This document shows, piece after piece, positions 26,798 through 36,429 of a stretch of 64,000 nt of DNA. Under the pieces are notes generated by a model, which was given only the letters and a program-made list of their open reading frames with translations, was not told the origin of the DNA and ran no database searches. Source of the DNA: an archaeon. Lineage in GTDB: Archaea > Iainarchaeota > Iainarchaeia > Iainarchaeales > JAAZKV01. The position numbers and the translations under genes were made by a program. The stretch's first letter is position 1. The number at the start of each line of letters is the position of its first letter. The stretch lies in the NCBI GenBank assembly GCA_041659525.1, contig JBAZYC010000001.1, forward strand, positions 653,731-717,730, written 5' to 3'.

Positions 26798-27934
26798 ATG
26801 TCATCTCCAACAAACACATTAACTTCTATTTTCATAAAAAATTTTATAATCCCTCGTGCACAGGTTCTTGATCAACCAGGATTTGTCTTGTTTAAAATGG
26901 GGGGTAAATCCAAAATTTATTCTAGACAAGTCATATTTCCTGAGAGTTTTTTGGTTGATTTAGAATTAGAATTAACAAAAAAATTTGGAGATTCTGCAAA
27001 AAAAGCTTTGTATGTTGCAGGTAAAAAATTTGGGGTTGTATTTGCGACTATGGGTAATTTTTTTACTATTTCAGGGTATTCTGAAAAGCAAAAATTTGTC
27101 GAGTATATTAAATTGTTAAATAATTTTATTGAAGGGACTTATGCTCAAAAAATGTATTTTGAAGCAGATATTGAAATCCCTAAATTTAATTTTCATTTAG
27201 ATCGGTTTGTAGGCTGTAATAAATCTGGATTGGGTTTCTTTTTGCCGACGGGAGCAGCGGCAGGTCTTTTATGTTATTTATTAGAACGAGATGATATTGA
27301 AGGAATTCATGAAAAATGTCAAGGTGTTGGGGAAAAAGAATGTTTAGTGACTTATGCCCCTGGAAAATTTTTTAAAGACAATAACATACAGTTTATTGAT
27401 TCAAATGGTTATGAAAAGGTTAATATAAGTCCTGAATATTCAAATTGGAATAAAGTTCAACCAACAAAATATTCTAAAGATAGTTTTCAAAAACTTTTAA
27501 ACTCTAAATTTTTTTCTTATAATCAAGGGGTAATTCAAAAAGATTCTCAACGTTATTTTATTTTTGAGACCAGTGGAATTTATATTTTAGAAACTGACCT
27601 AAAACTTAATCCTGGTTTTTTAGAGGTATTATTAGAAGTTAGTATAAAACAAGGTGTAAATTTGTGGGAGGTGGGCGCAAAGAACACCCAAGGATTAGCT
27701 GATTTTTTGACCGCATTTGGTTGGGGTGATGTTTTAATTATGAAAAAAGCCGGAAAGTATTTGGTTAACATAGATTATTATCCTTGGACCCCACTTGTTG
27801 ACAAATCTAATTTTACAATCATTCAAGGTATTTTGCAAGGAGCCCTTTCTAAGATTGATAATAGAATAGTAATTTTTTCAAATAAAAAAACAAATTTTAA
27901 TACTGGGGCTTTGTCTATTTCTTTTTTTGAGTAG
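26798..27934 (+). CDS. Protein with an N-terminal V4R domain and a second, Cys-less V4R-like half
   Basis: ALYVAGKKFG ... HEKCQGVGEKECLVTY (V4R C..G...C pattern). The second half has GWGDVLIMKKAGKYLVNIDYYPW, similar to the V4R core of 17674..18246. Starts 6 nt after the KaiC-like stop. Confidence 0.5.
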   Translation: MSSPTNTLTSIFIKNFIIPRAQVLDQPGFVLFKMGGKSKIYSRQVIFPESFLVDLELELTKKFGDSAKKALYVAGKKFGVVFATMGNFFTISGYSEKQKFVEYIKLLNNFIEGTYAQKMYFEADIEIPKFNFHLDRFVGCNKSGLGFFLPTGAAAGLLCYLLERDDIEGIHEKCQGVGEKECLVTYAPGKFFKDNNIQFIDSNGYEKVNISPEYSNWNKVQPTKYSKDSFQKLLNSKFFSYNQGVIQKDSQRYFIFETSGIYILETDLKLNPGFLEVLLEVSIKQGVNLWEVGAKNTQGLADFLTAFGWGDVLIMKKAGKYLVNIDYYPWTPLVDKSNFTIIQGILQGALSKIDNRIVIFSNKKTNFNTGALSISFFE

Positions 27935-27937
27935 GGT

Positions 27938-29842
27938 TTATTTTTTCAGAGTTACTATTAACCCGCCAAATGAAACCTTTATGGATGGAAATATCTCTTT
28001 TAAATCTGATAAGTATTCTTCGAGCAAAGGGAATTCTTGTTGAGTTGGAACATTGTGCATTACCCACATAGGGGCTCTATCATATTTTGATTTACTTACT
28101 AGTTGATAAATAACACAAGTCCCGTTTTTTTCAAGAGCATTGTATAGGTTTTTATAAAATTTTTTTCTTTTATTTTTTGGGATGTGATTCAAAACAAAAG
28201 ACAAAAATATTGTATTATATTTTTCTTTTAGAGGTTTCTCTAATATATTTTGCACAAATAAATTAATTCTTTTTAAATTTTGTTTTTTCAAACCTTCTTT
28301 TTCTTGAGTTATTAAATATTTTATTTTATTTTTTGCTATGGAAATTGATTTTGAACTTGGGTCAGTTCCTGATAAATAAACTGGTTGTTTTATTTCATCA
28401 AGTACACTTAATAAAGAAGCTCCAGTACCACAACCAAGATCCAATACTTTGTCGTGTGCTTTTAATTTATTAGTAAATGATTTAATTGCTATTTTTCTAA
28501 ATGAGTAAGGTGATTCAGTCATAAGTTTATCCCATAATATTGCGCTATTTGATTCATCAAAACTTGAATCAAAAGATGTTTTTCCTGAAACTAAAGTGTT
28601 TTTTGCTTTAGGCACCATTGAAAAGGTCCATTTGTACGAAGCTGGGTAGTGGTCTTCCATATATTTTAGTTCTTCTTTAGTTAATTTTGGCGGGGGTTTA
28701 GCTAGGTAATATTTATCGTTAGTATGTGCTATTGCTTTTTGACCAGTTAATAAGTCGAGTAAATATTCTAGCAGATACTCATTTTTAATGTTTAATTCTG
28801 TTGACAATTCTTTCATTGTAATTCCTTTTTTTAGGTGTTGGTGGGTATTTAGTTCTTCGAGAGTTTCCCAAGCATATTGAGTATATCCCTTTTTTGCGAT
28901 TTGAAGCGCTTTGAGATCTTTCCTAAACCTTGAATCAGTAATCATTTTTAAAATAAGAGTTACCATGTCTTTAGCAATTGTGTAATTTATGTTATTAACT
29001 TCAGACTTTTTATTTTTTGAAATATCACGCGGGGTATATTCATAGCTATTACTGAATAAAATTACCATAAATGCAAGATTGCTAATGATTGTATTGCCAA
29101 ACAAAGATTCACTAATAAAATTAATAAAAAATAATCCTGTTGCTTGTACATAAATTTTGTGTAATAAGTAACTATCTTTGAGTATAATAATTAATACAAT
29201 GACTAAAATTAAGGGAAAAGCCAAGGCTGGATTAACCATAAAAAATATTGGTAGTAATAGTGCAATCGATAAAAGTCTAGATAAGGGCTCGCCAACAAAA
29301 TTAGGGAATGTGTATTTGTCTTTAGTAATATCTCTTATATCTCCTATTAAATTTCTTGAATCAGTTACCAAAAATATTATTATAAAAAGATCCCAATATT
29401 TAAAAAAAATAGTCTCTAATGGGAGATAAAAACTTAATATTGTTACCAATATTGAAATTTCTAAAAAACCCCTAAATACAAAACTTATTGGTGCAAAAAT
29501 CCAGTTTTTGTTTTTTAAAGAGTAAAAGACAAAAGTTATTAGTGCAAAAATTAAGGTAAAGAAGGAATTAAAATTTAAACAAGTGCAAATTATTATTAAT
29601 AATAGTCCCATTAGTAAAGGTATTTTTTTATTAATTTTTTCGCGATTATCTGTTTCTTCATGCATAACTTCTTTGCTTAGGATAATCGTGGTCCAAAAAA
29701 GTATTCCCACTAAAATATCTCTTAAAGTTAACCAATTGAATGAATGTCCTACTATTAAGGTTGGTAGCAAACAAAGTATTGCAATGTTTATAGTTGTGTA
29801 AGGTCTTACTAGTAAAATATATTTTTTTAGGGCTTCAAACAT
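27938..29842 (-). CDS. Fusion protein: UbiA-like polytopic prenyltransferase domain + class I SAM-dependent (O-)methyltransferase
   Basis: The N-terminal ~270 aa has ~8 TM helices, YILLVRPYT, a degenerate first Asp-rich motif HEETDNREK and a second motif GDIRDITKD. The C-terminal half has a wHTH-like dimerisation region and VLDLGCGTGASLL. Confidence 0.55.
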   Translation of the reverse strand: MFEALKKYILLVRPYTTINIAILCLLPTLIVGHSFNWLTLRDILVGILFWTTIILSKEVMHEETDNREKINKKIPLLMGLLLIIICTCLNFNSFFTLIFALITFVFYSLKNKNWIFAPISFVFRGFLEISILVTILSFYLPLETIFFKYWDLFIIIFLVTDSRNLIGDIRDITKDKYTFPNFVGEPLSRLLSIALLLPIFFMVNPALAFPLILVIVLIIILKDSYLLHKIYVQATGLFFINFISESLFGNTIISNLAFMVILFSNSYEYTPRDISKNKKSEVNNINYTIAKDMVTLILKMITDSRFRKDLKALQIAKKGYTQYAWETLEELNTHQHLKKGITMKELSTELNIKNEYLLEYLLDLLTGQKAIAHTNDKYYLAKPPPKLTKEELKYMEDHYPASYKWTFSMVPKAKNTLVSGKTSFDSSFDESNSAILWDKLMTESPYSFRKIAIKSFTNKLKAHDKVLDLGCGTGASLLSVLDEIKQPVYLSGTDPSSKSISIAKNKIKYLITQEKEGLKKQNLKRINLFVQNILEKPLKEKYNTIFLSFVLNHIPKNKRKKFYKNLYNALEKNGTCVIYQLVSKSKYDRAPMWVMHNVPTQQEFPLLEEYLSDLKEIFPSIKVSFGGLIVTLKK

Positions 29843-29879
29843 TACTATTAAATATGCTTAAGAGTATAAAAGTTTTAAC

Positions 29880-30959
29880 ATGGCTGAAATAACCGTAATT
29901 GGGGCTGGTTTAGCAGGTATTTCTTCTGCTATAAAGCTTGCGAAAAACGGGTATAAAACGACGGTTTATGAGCAAAATAAATCTATTGGGTTGGGAGGGA
30001 ACAATTTTCAAGCAGTTAGAAATTATGATTTACCTGAGGATTTTTTAATTTATATGCAAAATCAAGGGGTTAATTTAACCTCATTCAATCCAATTACTAA
30101 AATTATCAAATATGCGCCATCTGGAAAAAACATGGTTGTTCAATCTGAAAAAAATCCTTTATTTTATGTGTTCAAGAGGGGCTCTGCTCCCAACTCACTT
30201 GATGCACAATTATATAAAGAAGCTTTAAAATTAGGCGTTAATTTTTCTTTTAATCAAAAAAAAACTCTTTCTTCGGGTGATATAGTTGCGAGTGGAGCTA
30301 TATTTAGAAACATTTGGGGATATGGGGCTGTGTTTGAAGGAGTAAATATTGATAGTGGCACGATACATCTTTTTATGGATAATAATTATGCCCCTAAGGG
30401 GGGTTATATTTATGCAATTCCTTTTGGTTCTGATCGAATTACAATTGCAGCTACTACTTTTGATTTAAATTCTCCTTTGCCTCTTTTATTTGAAAAATTT
30501 ATTAAGGAAAATAAAATAATTGCTGATTTAATTAAATCATCTATCAGAAGGACTTATTTTAGTGGTTATGCCTATTCTAATGTACCTATAACTGCTGAAA
30601 TAAAAGGAACTAAATTTGTAGGTTCAGCTGCAGGGTTTGTTGAAGCTGCTAGGGGTTTTGGGGTTAGGTACTCAATAGAGTCTGGTTTTTTAGCTGCAGA
30701 TTCAATTATTGAAAATAAAAGTTATGATTCTTTGTGGAAAAAATCATTTGAAAAAGAACTTTTGAATGGGCTTAAAAGAAGACTTTTTTTTGAAAGGCTA
30801 AGTAATGAAGATTTTGAGAAAATGGTACAAGCTGATAAAATTAAAGTGTCTAAATATGAAAAAGTTCCATTTGCGTTAGCCAACTTATTTAAAAAAATTG
30901 CATTCAAAAAAGAATTATCTGATTGGAAGAACAAATTTTCTATAGATAAGTTGTTCTAA
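29880..30959 (+). CDS. FAD-dependent oxidoreductase, geranylgeranyl-reductase family
   Basis: ITVIGAGLAGISSAIKLAKNGYKTTVYE Rossmann GxGxxG, and later VGSAAGFVEAARGFGVRYSIESGFLAA (GDAAG-like). Confidence 0.65.
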   Translation: MAEITVIGAGLAGISSAIKLAKNGYKTTVYEQNKSIGLGGNNFQAVRNYDLPEDFLIYMQNQGVNLTSFNPITKIIKYAPSGKNMVVQSEKNPLFYVFKRGSAPNSLDAQLYKEALKLGVNFSFNQKKTLSSGDIVASGAIFRNIWGYGAVFEGVNIDSGTIHLFMDNNYAPKGGYIYAIPFGSDRITIAATTFDLNSPLPLLFEKFIKENKIIADLIKSSIRRTYFSGYAYSNVPITAEIKGTKFVGSAAGFVEAARGFGVRYSIESGFLAADSIIENKSYDSLWKKSFEKELLNGLKRRLFFERLSNEDFEKMVQADKIKVSKYEKVPFALANLFKKIAFKKELSDWKNKFSIDKLF

Positions 30960-31093
30960 CTTATCTTTTTGTGTTGAAAGTTTATTTTTTAAATTAAAAC
31001 TTTTTTTTTGATTGCCTATACATATTGGTTATTAATTATTAGTTGTTTTGAATAGTACTATTATGATAGAGGATATAAAAACAGCGGTAGCTA

Positions 31094-31939
31094 ATGTTGC
31101 TTAAGTGCATGGTTTTTATTAGCTTTTTTTGTATATTTGGTATGGTTTTTGACTTTTCAAAGGAATCTGTTAAAGGTTGTGTTTTTTTTGTTTTAGCTAA
31201 TCAGTGGCCTCTTTCTGCGAAGGGGGTTTTCTTAAATGTTTCAAAGAGTTTGAGTAAAGCTGTTTCTTATCAGGCAGTGCATAAAATTTTGACTGAGTTT
31301 GAGTGTGAAGGAGTTATTACAAAAGAAAGTGGAAAATATATGTTGAATATTGGTTTTGTTGATTCTCAAGCTGAATTTTATTTAACTTTAAAAAATAATT
31401 TAGCTAAAGGAAAAGTAATATTGCCAGTTGGAAAAGAGCTTATCTTCGAAACTATTTATGACTCTGATAAATTTTTAGTTGGTTTAGGGATAGCTTTAAG
31501 TCCTTCTAAGGATGAATTTATTGCAATGCAGTGGACTCACTTTTGGGTTCCTTTATTTGTTGATAAAGAAGTTTATAAATCAATGAAAGATTTGATTGTT
31601 AGTTCAAATTTTTATAGTGTTACTTCTGGAGAAAGCGAAATTGATAAATGGTGTGCAAAATTTTGGGACGATTTAGGTATCAAAGAAAAAACCGGCGTCA
31701 AATTGGGCTTTGACATCAGTCTATTTATATACAAAGATTTGATTGTTCAAGTATTTTATCCAGCGGAGATTAGAGCGGAATTGGATAAAGTGTATAACTC
31801 AACAAAAGATCCATCAAAATTAAATGTAAAAGAGTTTTTTAAAACAGTTTTTGAAAAGAAAACACGAATTAGCGTGCTTGTTTCAAGAAATGAGTTTGTT
31901 GCAAAAGAATTGGCTGAACAAATTAAGAACGTTTTCTGA
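31094..31939 (+). CDS. Hypothetical protein with an N-terminal winged-helix-like segment
   Basis: SYQAVHKILTEFECEGVITKESGKYMLN looks like a recognition helix plus wing. The start is uncertain (31094, 31109 or 31142). Confidence 0.45.
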   Translation: MLLKCMVFISFFCIFGMVFDFSKESVKGCVFFVLANQWPLSAKGVFLNVSKSLSKAVSYQAVHKILTEFECEGVITKESGKYMLNIGFVDSQAEFYLTLKNNLAKGKVILPVGKELIFETIYDSDKFLVGLGIALSPSKDEFIAMQWTHFWVPLFVDKEVYKSMKDLIVSSNFYSVTSGESEIDKWCAKFWDDLGIKEKTGVKLGFDISLFIYKDLIVQVFYPAEIRAELDKVYNSTKDPSKLNVKEFFKTVFEKKTRISVLVSRNEFVAKELAEQIKNVF

Positions 31940-32226
31940 GTTTTTTGTTTTAGATTTTATGTTGTATTCTTTTACTATTTTTTTTATTTATCTATCCTAG
32001 AAAACACTTTGGGTCTAGCAAACAAAATCGAACAAAACAACTCAAAATACAAAGGATGGTGGTTTATAGTAACCAATAAAGACGACAAAGAACAATATGC
32101 TTGGTTTAACCAAACACTAAAGAACAGAACTTAAAATGTTATTAGATATTTTATTCAAAGAATAATAGATCAAAAAGTAGCTAGGTGTCTGTTTGAATGA
32201 AATAAAAACTAATTTTAATAAAAAAT

Positions 32227-33150
32227 CTATTGTTTTAAAATTGAGTTTAATGTAATTCCTCTCAGCAAATTAACTATGTGATTCTTACCAGTCAGTTTAT
32301 GTTTATTTTTCATAGGTCTTAAATTATAGGTTGAGAATAATTTCTTAGTTTTATTTGTTATTAAAGCTTCAAAGTCTATTGAGTCTTTTTCCCCAGTTTT
32401 GATTTCTGTGATAAGGTTTTTTACTCTAAGCAAGTCAATTTCTTTTTTTATAGCTAAATTTAATTTGTTTACTTGTTTTTCAAATAAAACTATATCTTTT
32501 ACGCTTTCCCAGTCAAACTTTAGCTTAGTTTTTTCAATTATTTCTAATAGCACTATTTTATTTCGATTTATGGGGGGGAAACCTATCGAATTATCAACAA
32601 GAAAGAATTTGTTTTTTTGAAAAAGGAAATGGTTTGGTCTTAAAATTGCAGGAAGCAGTTTGGCTCGTGTAAGTTTTCTTACAAGCATTTCTATTTGGCG
32701 TATTTTTTGATTATTTATTGACCCACTTAATGGTTTTGCATATATTCTTTTTGAGATTGTTATTCTTGTATAATGTTTTGGGTCTTCTACCTTCAAGACA
32801 TATTCAGGAACACGAATGTATTTTGCTTGTTTAATTGAATCTTGGAACTCGTTTTGTTTTATTAAATAATTTTTTTTTGTTAGTTCTTCCTTAACAAATA
32901 GTTCATCTCGTCCCAACCTAGTAATCCAATATCTTTTTTCAAGTTTGTTTTTATGTTTAACAAGAATTGTATTATCCATTATTTGTGCGTGTGAAATAAA
33001 AAGATTATTTGATTTTAGTGGAACCTTTTTAGTTAGTAATTCTTTAAGAATTGGCTTTTTTGATCTAAGTTCTGCATTAAGTAGTTTTTGTTTCCATTTC
33101 TCGTTTATTGTTAATACTAATTCGTTATCTAGAGTGTATTGAGTATACAT
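32227..33150 (-). CDS. Hypothetical protein, possible atypical kinase-like fold
   Basis: LRPNHFLFQKNKFFLVDNS resembles the catalytic-loop/DFG region of Kdo/RIO-type kinases. The match is weak. Confidence 0.3.
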   Translation of the reverse strand: MYTQYTLDNELVLTINEKWKQKLLNAELRSKKPILKELLTKKVPLKSNNLFISHAQIMDNTILVKHKNKLEKRYWITRLGRDELFVKEELTKKNYLIKQNEFQDSIKQAKYIRVPEYVLKVEDPKHYTRITISKRIYAKPLSGSINNQKIRQIEMLVRKLTRAKLLPAILRPNHFLFQKNKFFLVDNSIGFPPINRNKIVLLEIIEKTKLKFDWESVKDIVLFEKQVNKLNLAIKKEIDLLRVKNLITEIKTGEKDSIDFEALITNKTKKLFSTYNLRPMKNKHKLTGKNHIVNLLRGITLNSILKQ

Positions 33151-33151
33151 T

Positions 33152-34309
33152 TTATGCGCCAGGCTTTAGTTTTTCAGCATATTTTTCTAATTTCTTCTTT
33201 AATGCATTACTCTTTTCATCCAACGCAGCTAAAACAAATCTTTCTAGTGCTTTATCTTTTAAGTTTGGATTCTTTTCTGCAATCTCATAAACTAATTGGT
33301 GTGTGTATCTTCTAATGTCTTTTATTTTAGAATGACTAAACTTATCAAAAACATTGTTAAGTAATGCTTCTCCTTGACTTTTGTCTTTAGCGCAAATTTC
33401 ACTTAGCAATTCAAAATAAAACATGTTCAACCCGGTATTGTTATTTTCACTAATTAAATTTGTAATTTGGTTTGATAATTTTGTTGAAGGATTCATTTTT
33501 ACTTCTTTTAACAAACTCACTTTTGATATAATTAGGTTTTCTTTTATTACATTTGTGTTTGTTAATGGGACTTTTGCTGAATTTTTTATATTTAATCGAT
33601 TTGCCCATTCGTTAATGTCTGGTAGATTAATTGTTACGGGCATCAAGGTTGTTTCATATAAATATACTCGTTTTTTATCAATCATGCTCCATAATTGTTC
33701 AAATAATTCACTTCTCTCTGAAAAAGCACCATAAGAATGATAATCCGAACCAAAAGATACTTGTAATGCTGGTTCATTTAATATTTTTTTAAAAAAATCT
33801 TTCTCTTTTTCAAGAGTCTTATCTTTTAGCATTGAAATATGAGTTTTGTTTATTTCAATAGTTAACTTGTTTTGTTTTATAAAGTCTATAATTTTGTCAT
33901 TGGGTGTTTCCCAATAACCAACTTCAGGATGTGCAATTATTATCTTCAAGCTAGTTTTTTTTGCAAGTTCTTGGATAGCACATAAATCATTAAAATCTCT
34001 CAAATTATGATAAAATATATGGTCTAATCCGTTGCCTTCTTTTTCTAAATCTTTTATTAATTTATCAAAATCCTTTAGTTCTACTTCCACACCTTTTTTT
34101 ATATTAAGATAATCTGTTTTTTCTATTTTCAAAAGTGCTTTGTAATATTTTTCAAAGGTTGAATTATCAAGAATTTTGTCATAATGGTCTGAAAACCCTA
34201 ATGTTTTTATTCCTGCAAGCTTTGCTTCCCATGTAACTTCTTGCATGGTTGCTGGGCAACAACTAAAATCGGAATGAACATGTAAATCAATATTTGGTAA
34301 AGAAGTCAT
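33152..34309 (-). CDS. PHP-domain phosphoesterase with a helical C-terminal domain
   Basis: IDLHVHSDFS, GFSDHYD and FGSDYHS histidine motifs. Confidence 0.65.
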   Translation of the reverse strand: MTSLPNIDLHVHSDFSCCPATMQEVTWEAKLAGIKTLGFSDHYDKILDNSTFEKYYKALLKIEKTDYLNIKKGVEVELKDFDKLIKDLEKEGNGLDHIFYHNLRDFNDLCAIQELAKKTSLKIIIAHPEVGYWETPNDKIIDFIKQNKLTIEINKTHISMLKDKTLEKEKDFFKKILNEPALQVSFGSDYHSYGAFSERSELFEQLWSMIDKKRVYLYETTLMPVTINLPDINEWANRLNIKNSAKVPLTNTNVIKENLIISKVSLLKEVKMNPSTKLSNQITNLISENNNTGLNMFYFELLSEICAKDKSQGEALLNNVFDKFSHSKIKDIRRYTHQLVYEIAEKNPNLKDKALERFVLAALDEKSNALKKKLEKYAEKLKPGA

Positions 34310-34403
34310 AATATCATTTTAAGCAAACAGCCTTTTAAATTATTGTTAAGTGTTATGCCGCAATATTAACCATTTTTTAAACAAATCAGTACATTCTGTG
34401 TAT

Positions 34404-35531
34404 ATGAGGGTTTGTATTCTGTTTCACAAGTTCCAACCAGAGAACGAAGGTATTTCCATATCCATCGATCGCTTAACAAAAAACCTCTCAAATGTTGAGT
34501 TTCATATAATTTCGTCAAAAAAGGACTCATCAGGCGAAGATATTTTGAGAACCTCAATTGAAACAACTAAATATGCAAAAAATGTGTTTCTTCACCGAGT
34601 AGGTTTTATCAATACTGTAGATTCTGAGTGGTACCCAGACAGCTTGGATAATTTTTGTTTTGTGATTGAACAATTACACACAAAATACAAGTTTGATTTA
34701 ATACATTCTTACTACCTTACCCCAAATGGGTACATAGGAACATTAATTGCAAAAAAGCTTGGAATTCCTTCTCTTGTAGGGGTGCGTGGAAACGACCTCG
34801 GACGTAATTACCTTGATTATCGCAGACTTTTTTTAATATACTGGACTTTACAACATGCAGATTATCTTACCTTTTTGAATGAAGACTTACGAACCACAGC
34901 TAATATTATTTCACCTTGCAAAAATAAATCAAAAGTCGTAATGAACACTGCATACTTTCCATATCCTGAACGCGAAAACAAAGTTCTGCATAAGGAACTC
35001 ATATTCGGCTATTGGGGCGATATGAAAAGAAAAAAAGGAATTATTTATTTCCTTGACGCAATAACAAAGATTAAGAACATGCCATTTGCAGTCAAACTCT
35101 TGGGTGACATAAGCTCTGAAGAAAGAAACATTTATGAAAAAATAATTGCAAAAGAAAAACTCTCACACAAAGTAACCTTTTATTCAAGCATCAAACATGA
35201 CCAAGTTGCTGATTGGGTATCACAAATTGATGTCTTCGTATTTCCAACAATTAATGACGGATGCCCAAATGTCTTATTTGAAGCAATGTATTTGAGTAAA
35301 TGCATTATCAGCACAAATATTACTGCAGTATCCCAAGTCTTCAAAGAAGGGGAAGCAAAGCTTGTTCCCCCCAGAGACTCGAACGCATTAAGTAATGCAA
35401 TACTCTACTTTATCAAAAACCCTGAAAAAGTAACTATATTTGGAAAGAAAGCAAAAAAAGCCCTTGCTAGGTGCAACGTCAAAATCGAGTGTGAAGAATA
35501 TAACAAGATCTATAAAAAATTAGTTAAGTGA
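34404..35531 (+). CDS. Glycosyltransferase family 4
   Basis: MRVCILFHKF start (ATG 34404) and C-terminal DGCPNVLFEAMYLSKCIIST (E..G...EAM motif variant). Confidence 0.7.
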   Translation: MRVCILFHKFQPENEGISISIDRLTKNLSNVEFHIISSKKDSSGEDILRTSIETTKYAKNVFLHRVGFINTVDSEWYPDSLDNFCFVIEQLHTKYKFDLIHSYYLTPNGYIGTLIAKKLGIPSLVGVRGNDLGRNYLDYRRLFLIYWTLQHADYLTFLNEDLRTTANIISPCKNKSKVVMNTAYFPYPERENKVLHKELIFGYWGDMKRKKGIIYFLDAITKIKNMPFAVKLLGDISSEERNIYEKIIAKEKLSHKVTFYSSIKHDQVADWVSQIDVFVFPTINDGCPNVLFEAMYLSKCIISTNITAVSQVFKEGEAKLVPPRDSNALSNAILYFIKNPEKVTIFGKKAKKALARCNVKIECEEYNKIYKKLVK

Positions 35532-35536
35532 TAGTT

Positions 35537-36424
35537 ATGGCAAACATACGAAAAACATATACCCAAAAAAGACGCATAGGGTTATCACCAAAAGGTGCAA
35601 TGTATGATATTATAGAAGAAAACACTAAAAAAAGATTTGGGAATCAACAAATAAAAAAGGAAGAAGATTTTAGAACATTAAAAAGAAAAGTCTCTCCTGG
35701 TTCAGTCCGAGCACTGGCAGAACTTGCATTTTCAAGACAATTAATGCGAGCAAAAAAAAAGACAATTGCTGACGTATTTGGTTTGCAAGGAGAGAAACTT
35801 GGACTTGTACTTATTCAGCCCGAAGCATTACATCGCACTAAAGAAATTAAACAATATTTGACAAAAGTTGGTTGCACTGTTGTATATCTAAAACCGATAG
35901 TGTTTTCAAAAAGCCTTATATTTCGTTTATTCGGGGAACGACAATTACAACTATATTATGATTTTCCAATTGCTGCTACTCGATTAATGTCGGCTCCCTC
36001 AAGAATTCTCGTGTTTAAACATCCAAACCCAAGTGACTATACTCAAATTCCCAGAATGCATGCGTTAAAACAGTCTGACCCTGCAACGCATGCACATAAG
36101 TCTAAAAAAGCAAGGCAACAACCAGGGCAAGGAGCTTTTAACCGCCTTGTTAAAGGGAAACATGATAAAGTGGAAGCAGGAACAATCCGTGGGGATGTAG
36201 TCTGGCCAGAACAAATAAGAGACAGGTTTGGTACTACCAATTTAACACCAATAGCGAAAAAACTGGACCCTTTTAATTTTTTCCAGTCAAATCCACAATT
36301 TCTTGCTTTGGAGAACATTGTGGGAGTTCATGCGCCAACAGCTGATGAAATATACAGAGAAGCCGCCAATTTCTTTACTTTTGCAGAGCTCAACAAGATA
36401 AAAAATGCATTAAAAGAAAAATAA
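35537..36424 (+). CDS. Divergent nucleoside-diphosphate-kinase-like protein with a basic N-terminal extension and a large insertion
   Basis: LGLVLIQPEA, SAPSRILVFKH, AGTIRGDV and NIVGVHAPTADEIYREAANFF line up with the NDK blocks TFIMIKPDG, SGPVVAMVWEG, PGTIRGDF and NIIHGSDSVESAEKEI. The His is shifted by 2 residues. Confidence 0.45.
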   Translation: MANIRKTYTQKRRIGLSPKGAMYDIIEENTKKRFGNQQIKKEEDFRTLKRKVSPGSVRALAELAFSRQLMRAKKKTIADVFGLQGEKLGLVLIQPEALHRTKEIKQYLTKVGCTVVYLKPIVFSKSLIFRLFGERQLQLYYDFPIAATRLMSAPSRILVFKHPNPSDYTQIPRMHALKQSDPATHAHKSKKARQQPGQGAFNRLVKGKHDKVEAGTIRGDVVWPEQIRDRFGTTNLTPIAKKLDPFNFFQSNPQFLALENIVGVHAPTADEIYREAANFFTFAELNKIKNALKEK

Positions 36425-36429
36425 CTGGG

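Noticed and set aside
32009-32134. 41-aa TTG-initiated ORF (…KYKGWWFIVTNKDDKEQYAWFNQTLKNRT) in the 287-nt intergenic region
   Set aside because: It has no SD and no ATG, and it is isolated. It may be a remnant of a decayed gene, but I cannot support it as a feature.
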